A DNA stretch of 64,000 bases from a virus. A model generated the notes under the pieces. It ran no database searches, was not told the origin of the DNA, and worked only from the letters and a program-made list of their open reading frames with translations. Shown here one piece after another: positions 22,152-31,062 of this stretch (position 1 is its first letter; each line of letters opens with the position of its first letter). The stretch spans positions 84,341-148,340 of the IMG/VR virus record IMGVR_UViG_3300031963_000020. One strand, 5' to 3'. The translations under genes and the position numbers were made by a program.

Positions 22152-22180
22152 TTGACAAGTGGTGTGCGGTGTTGTATATT
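22152..22180 (+). promoter_or_regulatory. Sigma70-type promoter TTGACA-N17-TATATT upstream of radical SAM gene
   Basis: Perfect -35, 17-nt spacer, intergenic. Confidence 0.75.
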
Positions 22181-22209
22181 ATAAAATGATTTATTAATCA
22201 CGAGGTTAT

Positions 22210-23529
22210 ATGACTATTGAATTAGAACCAGTTGGTGTAGTATGTAATTTAAGTTGCCCGTATTGTTACGAACATCCCATGCGAGATGCGGGTAATTTCC
22301 GACATAAAACATATTCCGTTGAAAAAATGTTAGAAGGTCTTGCCAAAGAAGGTGGTAATTTTACCCTCTTTGGTGGTGAACCATTATTAACTGATATTGA
22401 CGATTTAGAAACTATTTTTAAGTGGGGGTTTGACCGATATGGATTTAATGGTATTCAAACAAATGGTGTTTTAATTACTGACCGCCACATAGAAATGTTT
22501 AAGAAGTACAGAGTTCACGTCGGAATATCACTTGATGGTCCTGACGAAATGAACGACACGCGTTGGGCAGGGTCATTAGAAAAGACCAGAGAGGCTACCC
22601 GCAAGTCATTTGAAGCTATTAAAAAGTGTCTTGACAACAAGCTCTCACTTGGTTTAATTATTACTATCCATAAGAAGAACGGATTACCAAAATATCGTGA
22701 ACGTTTCAAGGCATGGATTAAAGAACTTCAGTCGTGGGGTGTTGATGGAGCAAGACTTCATCCACTAGAGATTGACCATAGTTCTGTTGGTGAAACATTA
22801 GCTCTTACACCAGAACAAAATATTGAGTTCCTATTAGATATGTGGGACTTTGAAATCAGTGAACTAAATGTTCCTGGTAAGAAATCATTTCAGTTTGATA
22901 TCTTCCGTGACGTAGAATATATGTTGCGTGCAGACGATGCAAACGCAACCTGTACATTTATGACTTGTGACCCATATACCACGCATGCGGTGCAAGGTAT
23001 TGACTCGCAAGGTAATAAAGCAAACTGCGGTCGTGGTAACAAAGAAGGTATTAACTGGATTAAAGCCGATGTTGACGGATTTGAACGTCAGATGGCACTA
23101 TATAATACACCACAAGAACATGGTGGATGTCAGGGGTGCCGATTCTTTATTATGTGTAAGTCACACTGCCCAGGTACAGGTGCAGATATGGACTGGAGAA
23201 ATAGAACGGATACCTGTATGAATTGGAAGGTAGCGTTTAGTATCTATGAACGAATGATGGTTGAACGTGGTGAGATGCCATTATCTCTAGACCCAAAATT
23301 AAAGAGATATGAAGATATTTTGATGTATGGTTATAGTAGAGGTGCAGAACTTAGATTAGAACACATTAAAAAGTATCTTGACCCAAATATTGGATTTGAT
23401 ATTGAAAGATACATCCAATCATATTTGATGAACCAAGCTATGGGTGGACACAAGCCACACGCAGACCATACAGATGAAACAGGAAGATACGCATTAGAGT
23501 TTAAAGAGAAGTACGGATATTTACCTTAA
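22210..23529 (+). CDS. Radical SAM enzyme with SPASM-type C-terminal domain (peptide/protein maturase-like)
   Basis: CNLSCPYC (CxxxCxxC), FGGEPLL, QTNG, GISLDGP; C-terminal CTFMTC...NC...CQGCRFFIMCKSHCP...C; tail HADHTD. Confidence 0.92.
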   Translation: MTIELEPVGVVCNLSCPYCYEHPMRDAGNFRHKTYSVEKMLEGLAKEGGNFTLFGGEPLLTDIDDLETIFKWGFDRYGFNGIQTNGVLITDRHIEMFKKYRVHVGISLDGPDEMNDTRWAGSLEKTREATRKSFEAIKKCLDNKLSLGLIITIHKKNGLPKYRERFKAWIKELQSWGVDGARLHPLEIDHSSVGETLALTPEQNIEFLLDMWDFEISELNVPGKKSFQFDIFRDVEYMLRADDANATCTFMTCDPYTTHAVQGIDSQGNKANCGRGNKEGINWIKADVDGFERQMALYNTPQEHGGCQGCRFFIMCKSHCPGTGADMDWRNRTDTCMNWKVAFSIYERMMVERGEMPLSLDPKLKRYEDILMYGYSRGAELRLEHIKKYLDPNIGFDIERYIQSYLMNQAMGGHKPHADHTDETGRYALEFKEKYGYLP

Positions 23530-23547
23530 TATAAAGAGGATACGTAG

Positions 23548-23946
23548 ATGATACCAGGATTACACGCAGACCACGTTGACACATCGGGTGCATATGGTCA
23601 AAAATTTGAAGTCGTAAAAGACTTGTTAGAAAAAGGAATGTTGAAAGAAATTCCAGAAGAATTCCGTGATAAAGGAAATACTTCCGAAGAAGTTCCGGTT
23701 ATTACTAATTCACAAACAGTTGTTGGTAATCAGCAATCGGGATGGGATATGTCTCGTGACCATGCCGACCACGTTGACGAAACTGGTCGTTATGCACAAT
23801 CGTATATGGAACGATTTGGTTCGGATTCCTTAAATAATAACGAAATTTCACAAGGAACTACAGAACAACAGCAAGATACTGGTAATTCTTGGAAGTCTTT
23901 CTTGAAGAAGATTATTGCAGAAGAAAAGAGTAAGTTGAAGGTTTAA
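23548..23946 (+). CDS. Small protein with two HADHVD motifs
   Basis: HADHVDTSGAYG and HADHVDETGRYA match the tail of the upstream radical SAM; GAGGA SD. Confidence 0.7.
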   Translation: MIPGLHADHVDTSGAYGQKFEVVKDLLEKGMLKEIPEEFRDKGNTSEEVPVITNSQTVVGNQQSGWDMSRDHADHVDETGRYAQSYMERFGSDSLNNNEISQGTTEQQQDTGNSWKSFLKKIIAEEKSKLKV

Positions 23947-23965
23947 TTTAAACAACGAAGGGGTT

Positions 23966-25447
23966 ATGCAAAGAATAAAGCATGTCTTGCCTGATTGGAC
24001 TCGGGTGCAGTGGACTTCTATAGAAAATAGAAACAAATACGAACCTATCATTGCGTCTATCAATAACGCATGGAAACAGATTGAACGTATGTCGGTTGTT
24101 CACGATATTCGTCCATCTTCACTAGATATATTATCACCAGAAGAACTCATAAATTTAACTGCGGAATACGAAAAACATGGAGTACTCGTAGTTCCTATTG
24201 GTAAAGAAGGAAAAGCAGGAACTTACTCGTCTACAAGTACACCATATAATGGTGGTGATTACAATATTCGTGTTGTATTCACAAAGTCTGAAGCTATAGC
24301 AGATGAATGGTTTAATATCTGGCAAGCAGAACCCCGCATTCGTGACCGTGAGGCTGGTCGTTTACTTGGGTATCCTACCTGCTGCACCAATCATTTTATG
24401 AAGTATTGGGTAGACCAGGAATTTGTTGATACTACGTGGACGATGGCAGCGGAAAATATGCAGTTAAATGATGACGATGAAACGCATCGTACTATTCATA
24501 TTAAGGCAGATACTCCACCTGAAGCAAACATAATGTGGCGTTGGCAAGGTGTACGATTGGTATCACATCTTCCGTGTTCGTTTGATTGCAAGGCAACAGA
24601 AGAACTTGGTATGAAGATGGCAGAACTTGGTCGTACACTTGGGTTTGAAAAAGAAGTAAATTGGATATATGAATTACTTTCGTGGCCTGTTGAATGGTCA
24701 GCACTGCATGGTATCGCAGAAATCCGTACACCAATCAACAAGATTTCATCCAGAACTGATATGACCCCGTGGAAGTATGTGGTACAGAAGCATGCACACG
24801 AATATCCTATTGATGGTATGTCTGGTATAACGTATCCGTATAATCAAAAGAAAATTAAAGTCAAACCCGTCACAAAAACTATCTCGTTCGCTAAATCTCT
24901 TGAAGATACTTCCGTATGGGAAGAAAACGGATTTAGTAATAAGGAAGCTATGGATCACTTCCACCAAGTTATCATTGACGCAATCGGGGATATGAAATAT
25001 ATTCCTGGTGGTAATGTCCTCGACCTCGGTTGTGGAAATGGTGTCTTGTTAGGTCGTGTAGTTGGAGACAGATTTGATCTCATCCCACACGGTGTTGAAG
25101 CAGACCGTCAACGTTGTATGTCCGCAGCAACTACCATCCATTGGGGTGTCTTTACAATGGGTAGCATCTTTGACCTTAATACGTGGAAGGAAGATACATA
25201 TAGTTTGGTACTTTTGATGCCAGGCAGACTTCTTGAAACCACACGTGTAGTATCAGAACAAGTGCGTAAGCAACTCTATGACAAGACAGACCTTGTTCTT
25301 ATCAACCTAACTTGTGATTGGACACAACAATATGGCTCGATTGAGAATATTATGAAGGTCACAGGTCTTGACCAAGAATGGGAACCAGCAGGTAAGTTAA
25401 TCCATCGTCAAGATGATATGGCACAACTTTTCAAGCGTAAGGTGTAA
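23966..25447 (+). CDS. DUF483-like domain fused to class I SAM-dependent methyltransferase
   Basis: GRLLGYPTCCTNHF and HLPCSFDC in the N-terminal part; VLDLGCGNG motif I in the C-terminal part. Confidence 0.65.
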   Translation: MQRIKHVLPDWTRVQWTSIENRNKYEPIIASINNAWKQIERMSVVHDIRPSSLDILSPEELINLTAEYEKHGVLVVPIGKEGKAGTYSSTSTPYNGGDYNIRVVFTKSEAIADEWFNIWQAEPRIRDREAGRLLGYPTCCTNHFMKYWVDQEFVDTTWTMAAENMQLNDDDETHRTIHIKADTPPEANIMWRWQGVRLVSHLPCSFDCKATEELGMKMAELGRTLGFEKEVNWIYELLSWPVEWSALHGIAEIRTPINKISSRTDMTPWKYVVQKHAHEYPIDGMSGITYPYNQKKIKVKPVTKTISFAKSLEDTSVWEENGFSNKEAMDHFHQVIIDAIGDMKYIPGGNVLDLGCGNGVLLGRVVGDRFDLIPHGVEADRQRCMSAATTIHWGVFTMGSIFDLNTWKEDTYSLVLLMPGRLLETTRVVSEQVRKQLYDKTDLVLINLTCDWTQQYGSIENIMKVTGLDQEWEPAGKLIHRQDDMAQLFKRKV

Positions 25448-25448
25448 T

Positions 25449-25679
25449 ATGACAGAAGAAATCAAAGAAGCACCAGTTCCAATAGCAATTCGTCAATTAG
25501 TTGATTTACATAACACCCGTATCCGTGAATACCAACAACGTTCATTACAAGAACTTCAAGATGCAAACATTGAACTAATGTTAATGATGGGTTTAAGCCC
25601 ACAAGACGGATGGCGATTAGATATGGAAACAATGAAATACATTAAAGTTCCAACAGATGGAAATACACAAGTCGGCTGA
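25449..25679 (+). CDS. Hypothetical protein
   Basis: ATG directly after the stop of 23966, with AAGG upstream. Confidence 0.5.
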   Translation: MTEEIKEAPVPIAIRQLVDLHNTRIREYQQRSLQELQDANIELMLMMGLSPQDGWRLDMETMKYIKVPTDGNTQVG

Positions 25680-27549
25680 ACACGTAATATTTACGTGGGG
25701 TAGGTTCAAAGGGCACTCCTTAGCACACGTTGCAAGGAGTGTTCCTTCGTATTTGGAATGGATGTCTGGTCAAGATGGTTTACCTGAGCAATGGAGAATT
25801 GCAGCAGCAAAAACCTTGATGAACGAAGATATTAGTGAACTTGACCTTCCCAGAACGAACAATCCAACTATCTCATATAAAGATTTACCCAAGCAATCAA
25901 GTGATAAGGTAGAGGTGTTATTAGTTGATAATAAAACCGCTGCAATCATTATGCCATACGACAAAGTGATGTTGGCAAAGTTTAAGTATGAAATTGATGG
26001 TCGCAAATGGAACAACGATGAGAAGCATTGGGAGTTTCCAGTTGTGCATCTTCCAAAACTATTTACGATATTCACCAATATTAAGTGTGATAAGAAAGTA
26101 TTAGATAAAGTTGAGGAACTTAAATCTCGTAGACAAGACCTCGACGAAATCCGTAGTCAAGAAGATACAGACTTCCAAATCAAGGGGATGCAACTCAATC
26201 TGTATCCATATCAGAAAGTTGGTGTACAGTTCGTGGATAGAGCAGGTGGTCGTTGTTTGATTGCAGACGCACCTGGCTTGGGTAAGACGGCACAAGCGAT
26301 TGGATATGCACAACATCACAATCTCAAAACACTTATTGTCTGTCCATTATCTGTTGTAGTCAACTGGCAACGTGAAATCAAAAAGTTTACTGGTAAGAAA
26401 TCTACCATTTGGGATAGTAAACATTATTACGGAGAGTTGGATAATCAGTTCCACATCGTGCATTATGATGCGGTGGCTAAGATTAGTAAATCACTTCGTG
26501 AACAAAAGTTTGACCTCTTGGTGTGTGATGAAGCAACTTACTTAAAGAATAGACAAACCATCAGAGCAAAAAGTATCTTGGGGTCGTGGAAAGAAAGACG
26601 AAAGTATCCTGGGATTAAAACCAAGTATTCTATCTTCTTAACGGGAACACCAGTAATGTCTCGTCCAATCGAAGCATTTAGTTTATTAAACTTTTTAGAT
26701 AAAGAACGATTTAATAACTTTTACCATTTCGTCGAACGCTATGGTGGATGGAAAGGTGATGCTCCACGAAATCTCCAAGACTTGCATGACCGTACAAAAG
26801 ATTTGGTCATCCGTAGAAAGAAAAGTGAGGTGCTTACAGAACTCCCACCAAAGCAACGAAATGACCTGTATGTAGAACTTACCAAAGAAGAAAAAAAGGA
26901 ATATCAAGAACTACTCAAAGAAGTCTTTGGTAAATGGAAAATGGACGGTAAACCCTCGGTCACCCATATGCCAAAACTCCAAGCATTCCTTATCCAAAAG
27001 AAAATGCCACGATTAATGGAAATGATTGACGAGTTCTTGGATAACGACAGGTCAATCTTGATATTCAGTAACTATCTTGGCCCCCTTCGTTTCCTGACGG
27101 AACATTATGGGGACAAAGCCGCCCTCTTGACGGGTGATATGAACAGAGATAAACGGCAGGAAAGTATTGATAGATTAACCAGCGGAAAAGCTAAAATCGG
27201 ATGTTTTAGTCTCTTGGCGGCGGGTATGGGTATCGACGGATTACAGAAAGTCATAGATACCGTAGTATTTCTCAACTGTGATTGGGTTCCTGCAAACCAC
27301 GAACAAGCAGAGGACAGAACCCATCGTATCGGTCAAACCTCCCAAGTCCAAGCCTATTATATGTTATGCGAGGACACCATAGACGAATATATGCGGGACA
27401 TTCTCAAAGAGAAACAACAGGTCGCAGACCTTATTGTGGACGGAGCATTGGTCACTCCTGATAGTAATAAATCATTTTTTAAGGAATTTGTCCGCAGAAT
27501 TAGTTCGGTATATAATACCCATTTTACCGATGAAAATATAGAAGATTGA
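25657..27549 (+). CDS. SNF2/HARP-like SF2 helicase
   Basis: LYPYQ, IADAPGLGKT, CDEA, LTGTP, QAEDRTHRIGQ; N-terminal WGRFKG...SYLEWM small domain. Confidence 0.9.
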   Translation: MEIHKSAEHVIFTWGRFKGHSLAHVARSVPSYLEWMSGQDGLPEQWRIAAAKTLMNEDISELDLPRTNNPTISYKDLPKQSSDKVEVLLVDNKTAAIIMPYDKVMLAKFKYEIDGRKWNNDEKHWEFPVVHLPKLFTIFTNIKCDKKVLDKVEELKSRRQDLDEIRSQEDTDFQIKGMQLNLYPYQKVGVQFVDRAGGRCLIADAPGLGKTAQAIGYAQHHNLKTLIVCPLSVVVNWQREIKKFTGKKSTIWDSKHYYGELDNQFHIVHYDAVAKISKSLREQKFDLLVCDEATYLKNRQTIRAKSILGSWKERRKYPGIKTKYSIFLTGTPVMSRPIEAFSLLNFLDKERFNNFYHFVERYGGWKGDAPRNLQDLHDRTKDLVIRRKKSEVLTELPPKQRNDLYVELTKEEKKEYQELLKEVFGKWKMDGKPSVTHMPKLQAFLIQKKMPRLMEMIDEFLDNDRSILIFSNYLGPLRFLTEHYGDKAALLTGDMNRDKRQESIDRLTSGKAKIGCFSLLAAGMGIDGLQKVIDTVVFLNCDWVPANHEQAEDRTHRIGQTSQVQAYYMLCEDTIDEYMRDILKEKQQVADLIVDGALVTPDSNKSFFKEFVRRISSVYNTHFTDENIED

Positions 27550-27557
27550 TATTTATA
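27550..27557 (+). promoter_or_regulatory. Putative late promoter core TATTTATA
   Basis: Intergenic, at the start of the tail/baseplate block. Confidence 0.45.
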
Positions 27558-27588
27558 TACAAGTATTTACAACCCAAGGAGTTATTTT

Positions 27589-28332
27589 ATGTCAAATGTT
27601 TCATTCCCTACCGAAGTAATCGATTTACCAAGTAAGGGTAAGTTTTATCCAGAAGGTAGTCCACTCAGTAGTGGTCAAATAGAATTAAAATATATGACTG
27701 CAAAAGAAGAGGATATTTTAACTTCACAAAACCTCATTCAAAAGGGTGTTGTATTAGATAAGTTAATCGATAGTCTTATTGTTACAAAAGGTGTACACGG
27801 TGAAGATTTACTTTTGGGTGATATTAACGCGGTAATGGTAGCAAGTCGTATTATGGGATATGGAAAAGATTATCCAGTTACAGCAACATGTCCATCATGT
27901 TCAAATAGAGAAGAGTTGGATATAGACTTATCACAATTAGAAACAAAAGAAGTATCGGAACGTAATTTGTCAGTAACATTACCAGCTAGTAAGAAAACTA
28001 TTAAAGTAAGATTACTTACCCGTAAGATTGAAAAAGAAATTCAAAAAGAATTGGACGCTATGAAAAAAATAAAGTCCAATATAGATCCAGAAGTATCAAC
28101 CAGACTACGTTATATTATTGCCGAAGTGGATGGGGCATCTGACCAAAAAACTATTCGTGAAACGGTAGAAAACATGTTGGTTGCAGATACACGAGCACTT
28201 CGTGAATTCTACAAGTCGGTGACACCAGACGTAAAGTTTGAAGTATCACATACTTGCGAAAGTTGTAATCACGAAAGTACACTACCAATCACAATCGGCA
28301 CGGACTTTTTTTGGCCTGACGCAAGAATATAG
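27589..28332 (+). CDS. Baseplate hub/tail assembly chaperone (T4 gp26-like)
   Basis: LPSKG..YP, MTAKEEDIL, two CxxC pairs, ends FFWP; upstream of tape-measure-like gene. Confidence 0.75.
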   Translation: MSNVSFPTEVIDLPSKGKFYPEGSPLSSGQIELKYMTAKEEDILTSQNLIQKGVVLDKLIDSLIVTKGVHGEDLLLGDINAVMVASRIMGYGKDYPVTATCPSCSNREELDIDLSQLETKEVSERNLSVTLPASKKTIKVRLLTRKIEKEIQKELDAMKKIKSNIDPEVSTRLRYIIAEVDGASDQKTIRETVENMLVADTRALREFYKSVTPDVKFEVSHTCESCNHESTLPITIGTDFFWPDARI

Positions 28333-28339
28333 GTTGAAC

Positions 28340-28513
28340 ATGCACAAGGTCATCTTTTCTATGGTGTATCATGGAAAAGGTGGATTTACCTTTCAAGATT
28401 TATATAATATGCCAGTGTTCTTGCGCGGCTTCTATTTGAAGGAAATGAATGACGCAGTAGAAAAAGCAAATGAAGAAATAGAAAAGGCTACGAAACGATC
28501 ACCTCGTAAATGA
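28340..28513 (+). CDS. Small tail assembly chaperone partner (possibly reached by frameshift at 28306-28312)
   Basis: YHGKGGFTFQDLYNMPVFLR motif; frame open from 28238 and overlapping the end of 27589. Confidence 0.55.
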   Translation: MHKVIFSMVYHGKGGFTFQDLYNMPVFLRGFYLKEMNDAVEKANEEIEKATKRSPRK

Positions 28514-28521
28514 GATAATAG

Positions 28522-31059
28522 ATGGCTGTAGATCCTAATATGGAAAAAGCAAGTCTAGCAGCGGATGGACTTACTTCTGAATTAAATAATGTGGCTAGCG
28601 AAGCAAAAAAGTTTGCTACCACTATGAATGCCATAAACGAAAAAATAAAAAAGACTGCAAATTTAACACAGGAAGAACTTGAAGCTGCTGGTAATGATAT
28701 AGGTAGAATGCGAAGAGATGCAGCAACACTTGGTCAAGCTTTTAAACGAGGAACGGTTCTTCTCAATGGTTTATTTGATGGTATAAAAGTTACTGACCAA
28801 ACTGCAATAGCATTATTTAATAAAAATGCAATAAGAGTTGGTTCTAATTTTAATACATTCGCTGCAAGATTACAAAGTATGCAAAATACTTTGGCAAATA
28901 CTACTAATGAATTTAATAACGTTAGAAAGGGAATGGGTACTGTAGGGACGGCATTCCTTTATACTAGAACTGCGTTGTTTAGTGTAGGACAAGCATTTAC
29001 ACAATTACGGACAGCAGTTTTTGGATTACAAAAACAAGTAGGTACAACATTTGGGTCCGCTTTAAATGTTGGTGTAGGTGCATTTACTAACCAAATTACT
29101 TCATTTTTTTCTGGTGGTCCACCACTAACCTTTCAAGAAAGTGTTGATGCGATAAATGCATTTCAAAGAGAATTTGGTGGTATATTAACAAGAGGTGAAG
29201 CTCAAAAGATAGCACAAGCTTCCAAAGCATTAGGTATAAGTTCCGCTACTTTCTTACAAGCACAACGTTCATTTTTAGTAGTTGGTGGGGAAGCAACCAA
29301 AAATACATTTATTGGGCAATTTAGAGCAGCAGGTTTAACGGCAGCAAACGCACTAGAATTCGCAGCAAAAAATGCAAATTTAGTTGCAATAGCTGGTACC
29401 AAGTATGCAGCAGCTCTAGCACAGGCAGCAGCAAACGCACAACGTATTGGTGTTGGATTGGATAGAACCGAAGCATTAGCTGACGGTATAGTTGGTAATT
29501 TTGAAGGAGCACTAGAACGGTTCTCTGAACTTCGAGCAATGGGTGTTGAAGTTGATTTTAATAGACTAGCTGCTGTTGCTGGAACAGGTACACCACAAGA
29601 AGTATTATCTGAATTACAAAGTCAACTTGGTGGAAACCAACAGTTATTAGCAGAATTACAACGTAATCGTTTCTTAAAAGTTGCACTGGAACAAGATTTA
29701 GGTCTTAATGTTGCAGAAATCACAAGATTGGCTGCTGGTGGTGGTGCTGTGGCAACAGAGCAAACGCAAGAAGAAAAAGATAGAACTACACGAGATAAAA
29801 TATTAGAACGTGTAGGAACCGTTGCAAACTTTTTAGCAGCACTGATTGCAGTAATACCAGCTCAAACAGTAGCTACTGCACTTAATACGAAAGCTTTATT
29901 GGCTAAAAAAGTCTTGGGGGTAGCTGAAAAACCACAAATAGCAGCAACTACAGCACCAACATCATTACCTAGACAACAAGAACGATTAGCATTACCAGCA
30001 CCTAAATCAGACAGAACTTTTTATCAAGGTGGACAAACACCACCAATACCAGGAAGACCTGGTATACCTGCCGGTAGAGTACCACCTGCGACGACATCTG
30101 GTGTACGTGGATTATTACCAGCATCAACAACAGCAGTGGCTGGACAGACACAACAACAATTACAAAATCAACTTAGTGTTAGACTGGCGGAAACAACTAG
30201 AATTGCCGCCAATTTACAATCACAAGGATTGAGTACAGCCGCCGCAGCGCAAAAAGCATTAGCAATACAAGCAAGTCAACCAGGTACAGTTGCATTAGCA
30301 GCTAGCATGAGACAATCGAACCCAGATATGCCAGCATCACAAGCGTTGGCACTTGCTCGGGGACAATCTGCAATACCAACGCAACAAATAGCGACTACAT
30401 CAACACAAATGACACGAGCAGTTGCAGCACCAACAGTAGCGGCTGGAGGTGGAATGTTTGGTAATGCTATGGCAGGTGCCGGCGGTGGAGCAGCGGTTAC
30501 AGGAGCTGGTGTACTTGGAGGTGCTGTTGCAGGTATAAGTGAATTCCAACAAACAAAAAGTATTAAACGAGCAATCGCAGCAACACTGATTGGAATAGTC
30601 ACATCGGTATTGGCAACACTATTAATTGGAATGATACCAGGTGCACAATTGGTAGCTCCAATAGTTGGTGGTATGATAGGTAGTGCAGTTACTCCGATGT
30701 TAACAAGTTTCTTTATGGGTTCTGCAAAGGCGGCCGGTGGATTAATTACAGGTCCAGGTACCGCAACAAGTGATAATATATTGACACCAACATCACCAGG
30801 TGAATACGTGGTGAATGCAAAGGCAACTAAGGCATACGGTGCCGATATGTTGGATAATATTAACAAAGGAACATTCACACCAACACAAACACCATCGGTT
30901 AACAATGTGGTTAATGTCAATATGGATAAGATGGAAGCTAAATTAGACAAGTTAGCAGCGGCATTCTCAAATATGAAGATTGATATGGACGGAAATACAG
31001 TTGGACGGGTTTCATTAAACGCACGGTCACCACTTGACCGTCTAGCTGTGGTGGGTTAA
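28522..31059 (+). CDS. Tape-measure-like tail protein
   Basis: Ala/Gln-rich helical sequence, hydrophobic segments, C-terminal GGLITGPGTATSDNI...PGEYVVNAKAT. Confidence 0.7.
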   Translation: MAVDPNMEKASLAADGLTSELNNVASEAKKFATTMNAINEKIKKTANLTQEELEAAGNDIGRMRRDAATLGQAFKRGTVLLNGLFDGIKVTDQTAIALFNKNAIRVGSNFNTFAARLQSMQNTLANTTNEFNNVRKGMGTVGTAFLYTRTALFSVGQAFTQLRTAVFGLQKQVGTTFGSALNVGVGAFTNQITSFFSGGPPLTFQESVDAINAFQREFGGILTRGEAQKIAQASKALGISSATFLQAQRSFLVVGGEATKNTFIGQFRAAGLTAANALEFAAKNANLVAIAGTKYAAALAQAAANAQRIGVGLDRTEALADGIVGNFEGALERFSELRAMGVEVDFNRLAAVAGTGTPQEVLSELQSQLGGNQQLLAELQRNRFLKVALEQDLGLNVAEITRLAAGGGAVATEQTQEEKDRTTRDKILERVGTVANFLAALIAVIPAQTVATALNTKALLAKKVLGVAEKPQIAATTAPTSLPRQQERLALPAPKSDRTFYQGGQTPPIPGRPGIPAGRVPPATTSGVRGLLPASTTAVAGQTQQQLQNQLSVRLAETTRIAANLQSQGLSTAAAAQKALAIQASQPGTVALAASMRQSNPDMPASQALALARGQSAIPTQQIATTSTQMTRAVAAPTVAAGGGMFGNAMAGAGGGAAVTGAGVLGGAVAGISEFQQTKSIKRAIAATLIGIVTSVLATLLIGMIPGAQLVAPIVGGMIGSAVTPMLTSFFMGSAKAAGGLITGPGTATSDNILTPTSPGEYVVNAKATKAYGADMLDNINKGTFTPTQTPSVNNVVNVNMDKMEAKLDKLAAAFSNMKIDMDGNTVGRVSLNARSPLDRLAVVG

Positions 31060-31062
31060 TAT

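Noticed and set aside
16636-23529. Assignment to the known His-Xaa-Ser (HxsA/B/C) system
   Set aside because: The motifs are H/F-x-D/N, not H-x-S; there is only one radical SAM; and the substrates are long fibre-like proteins.
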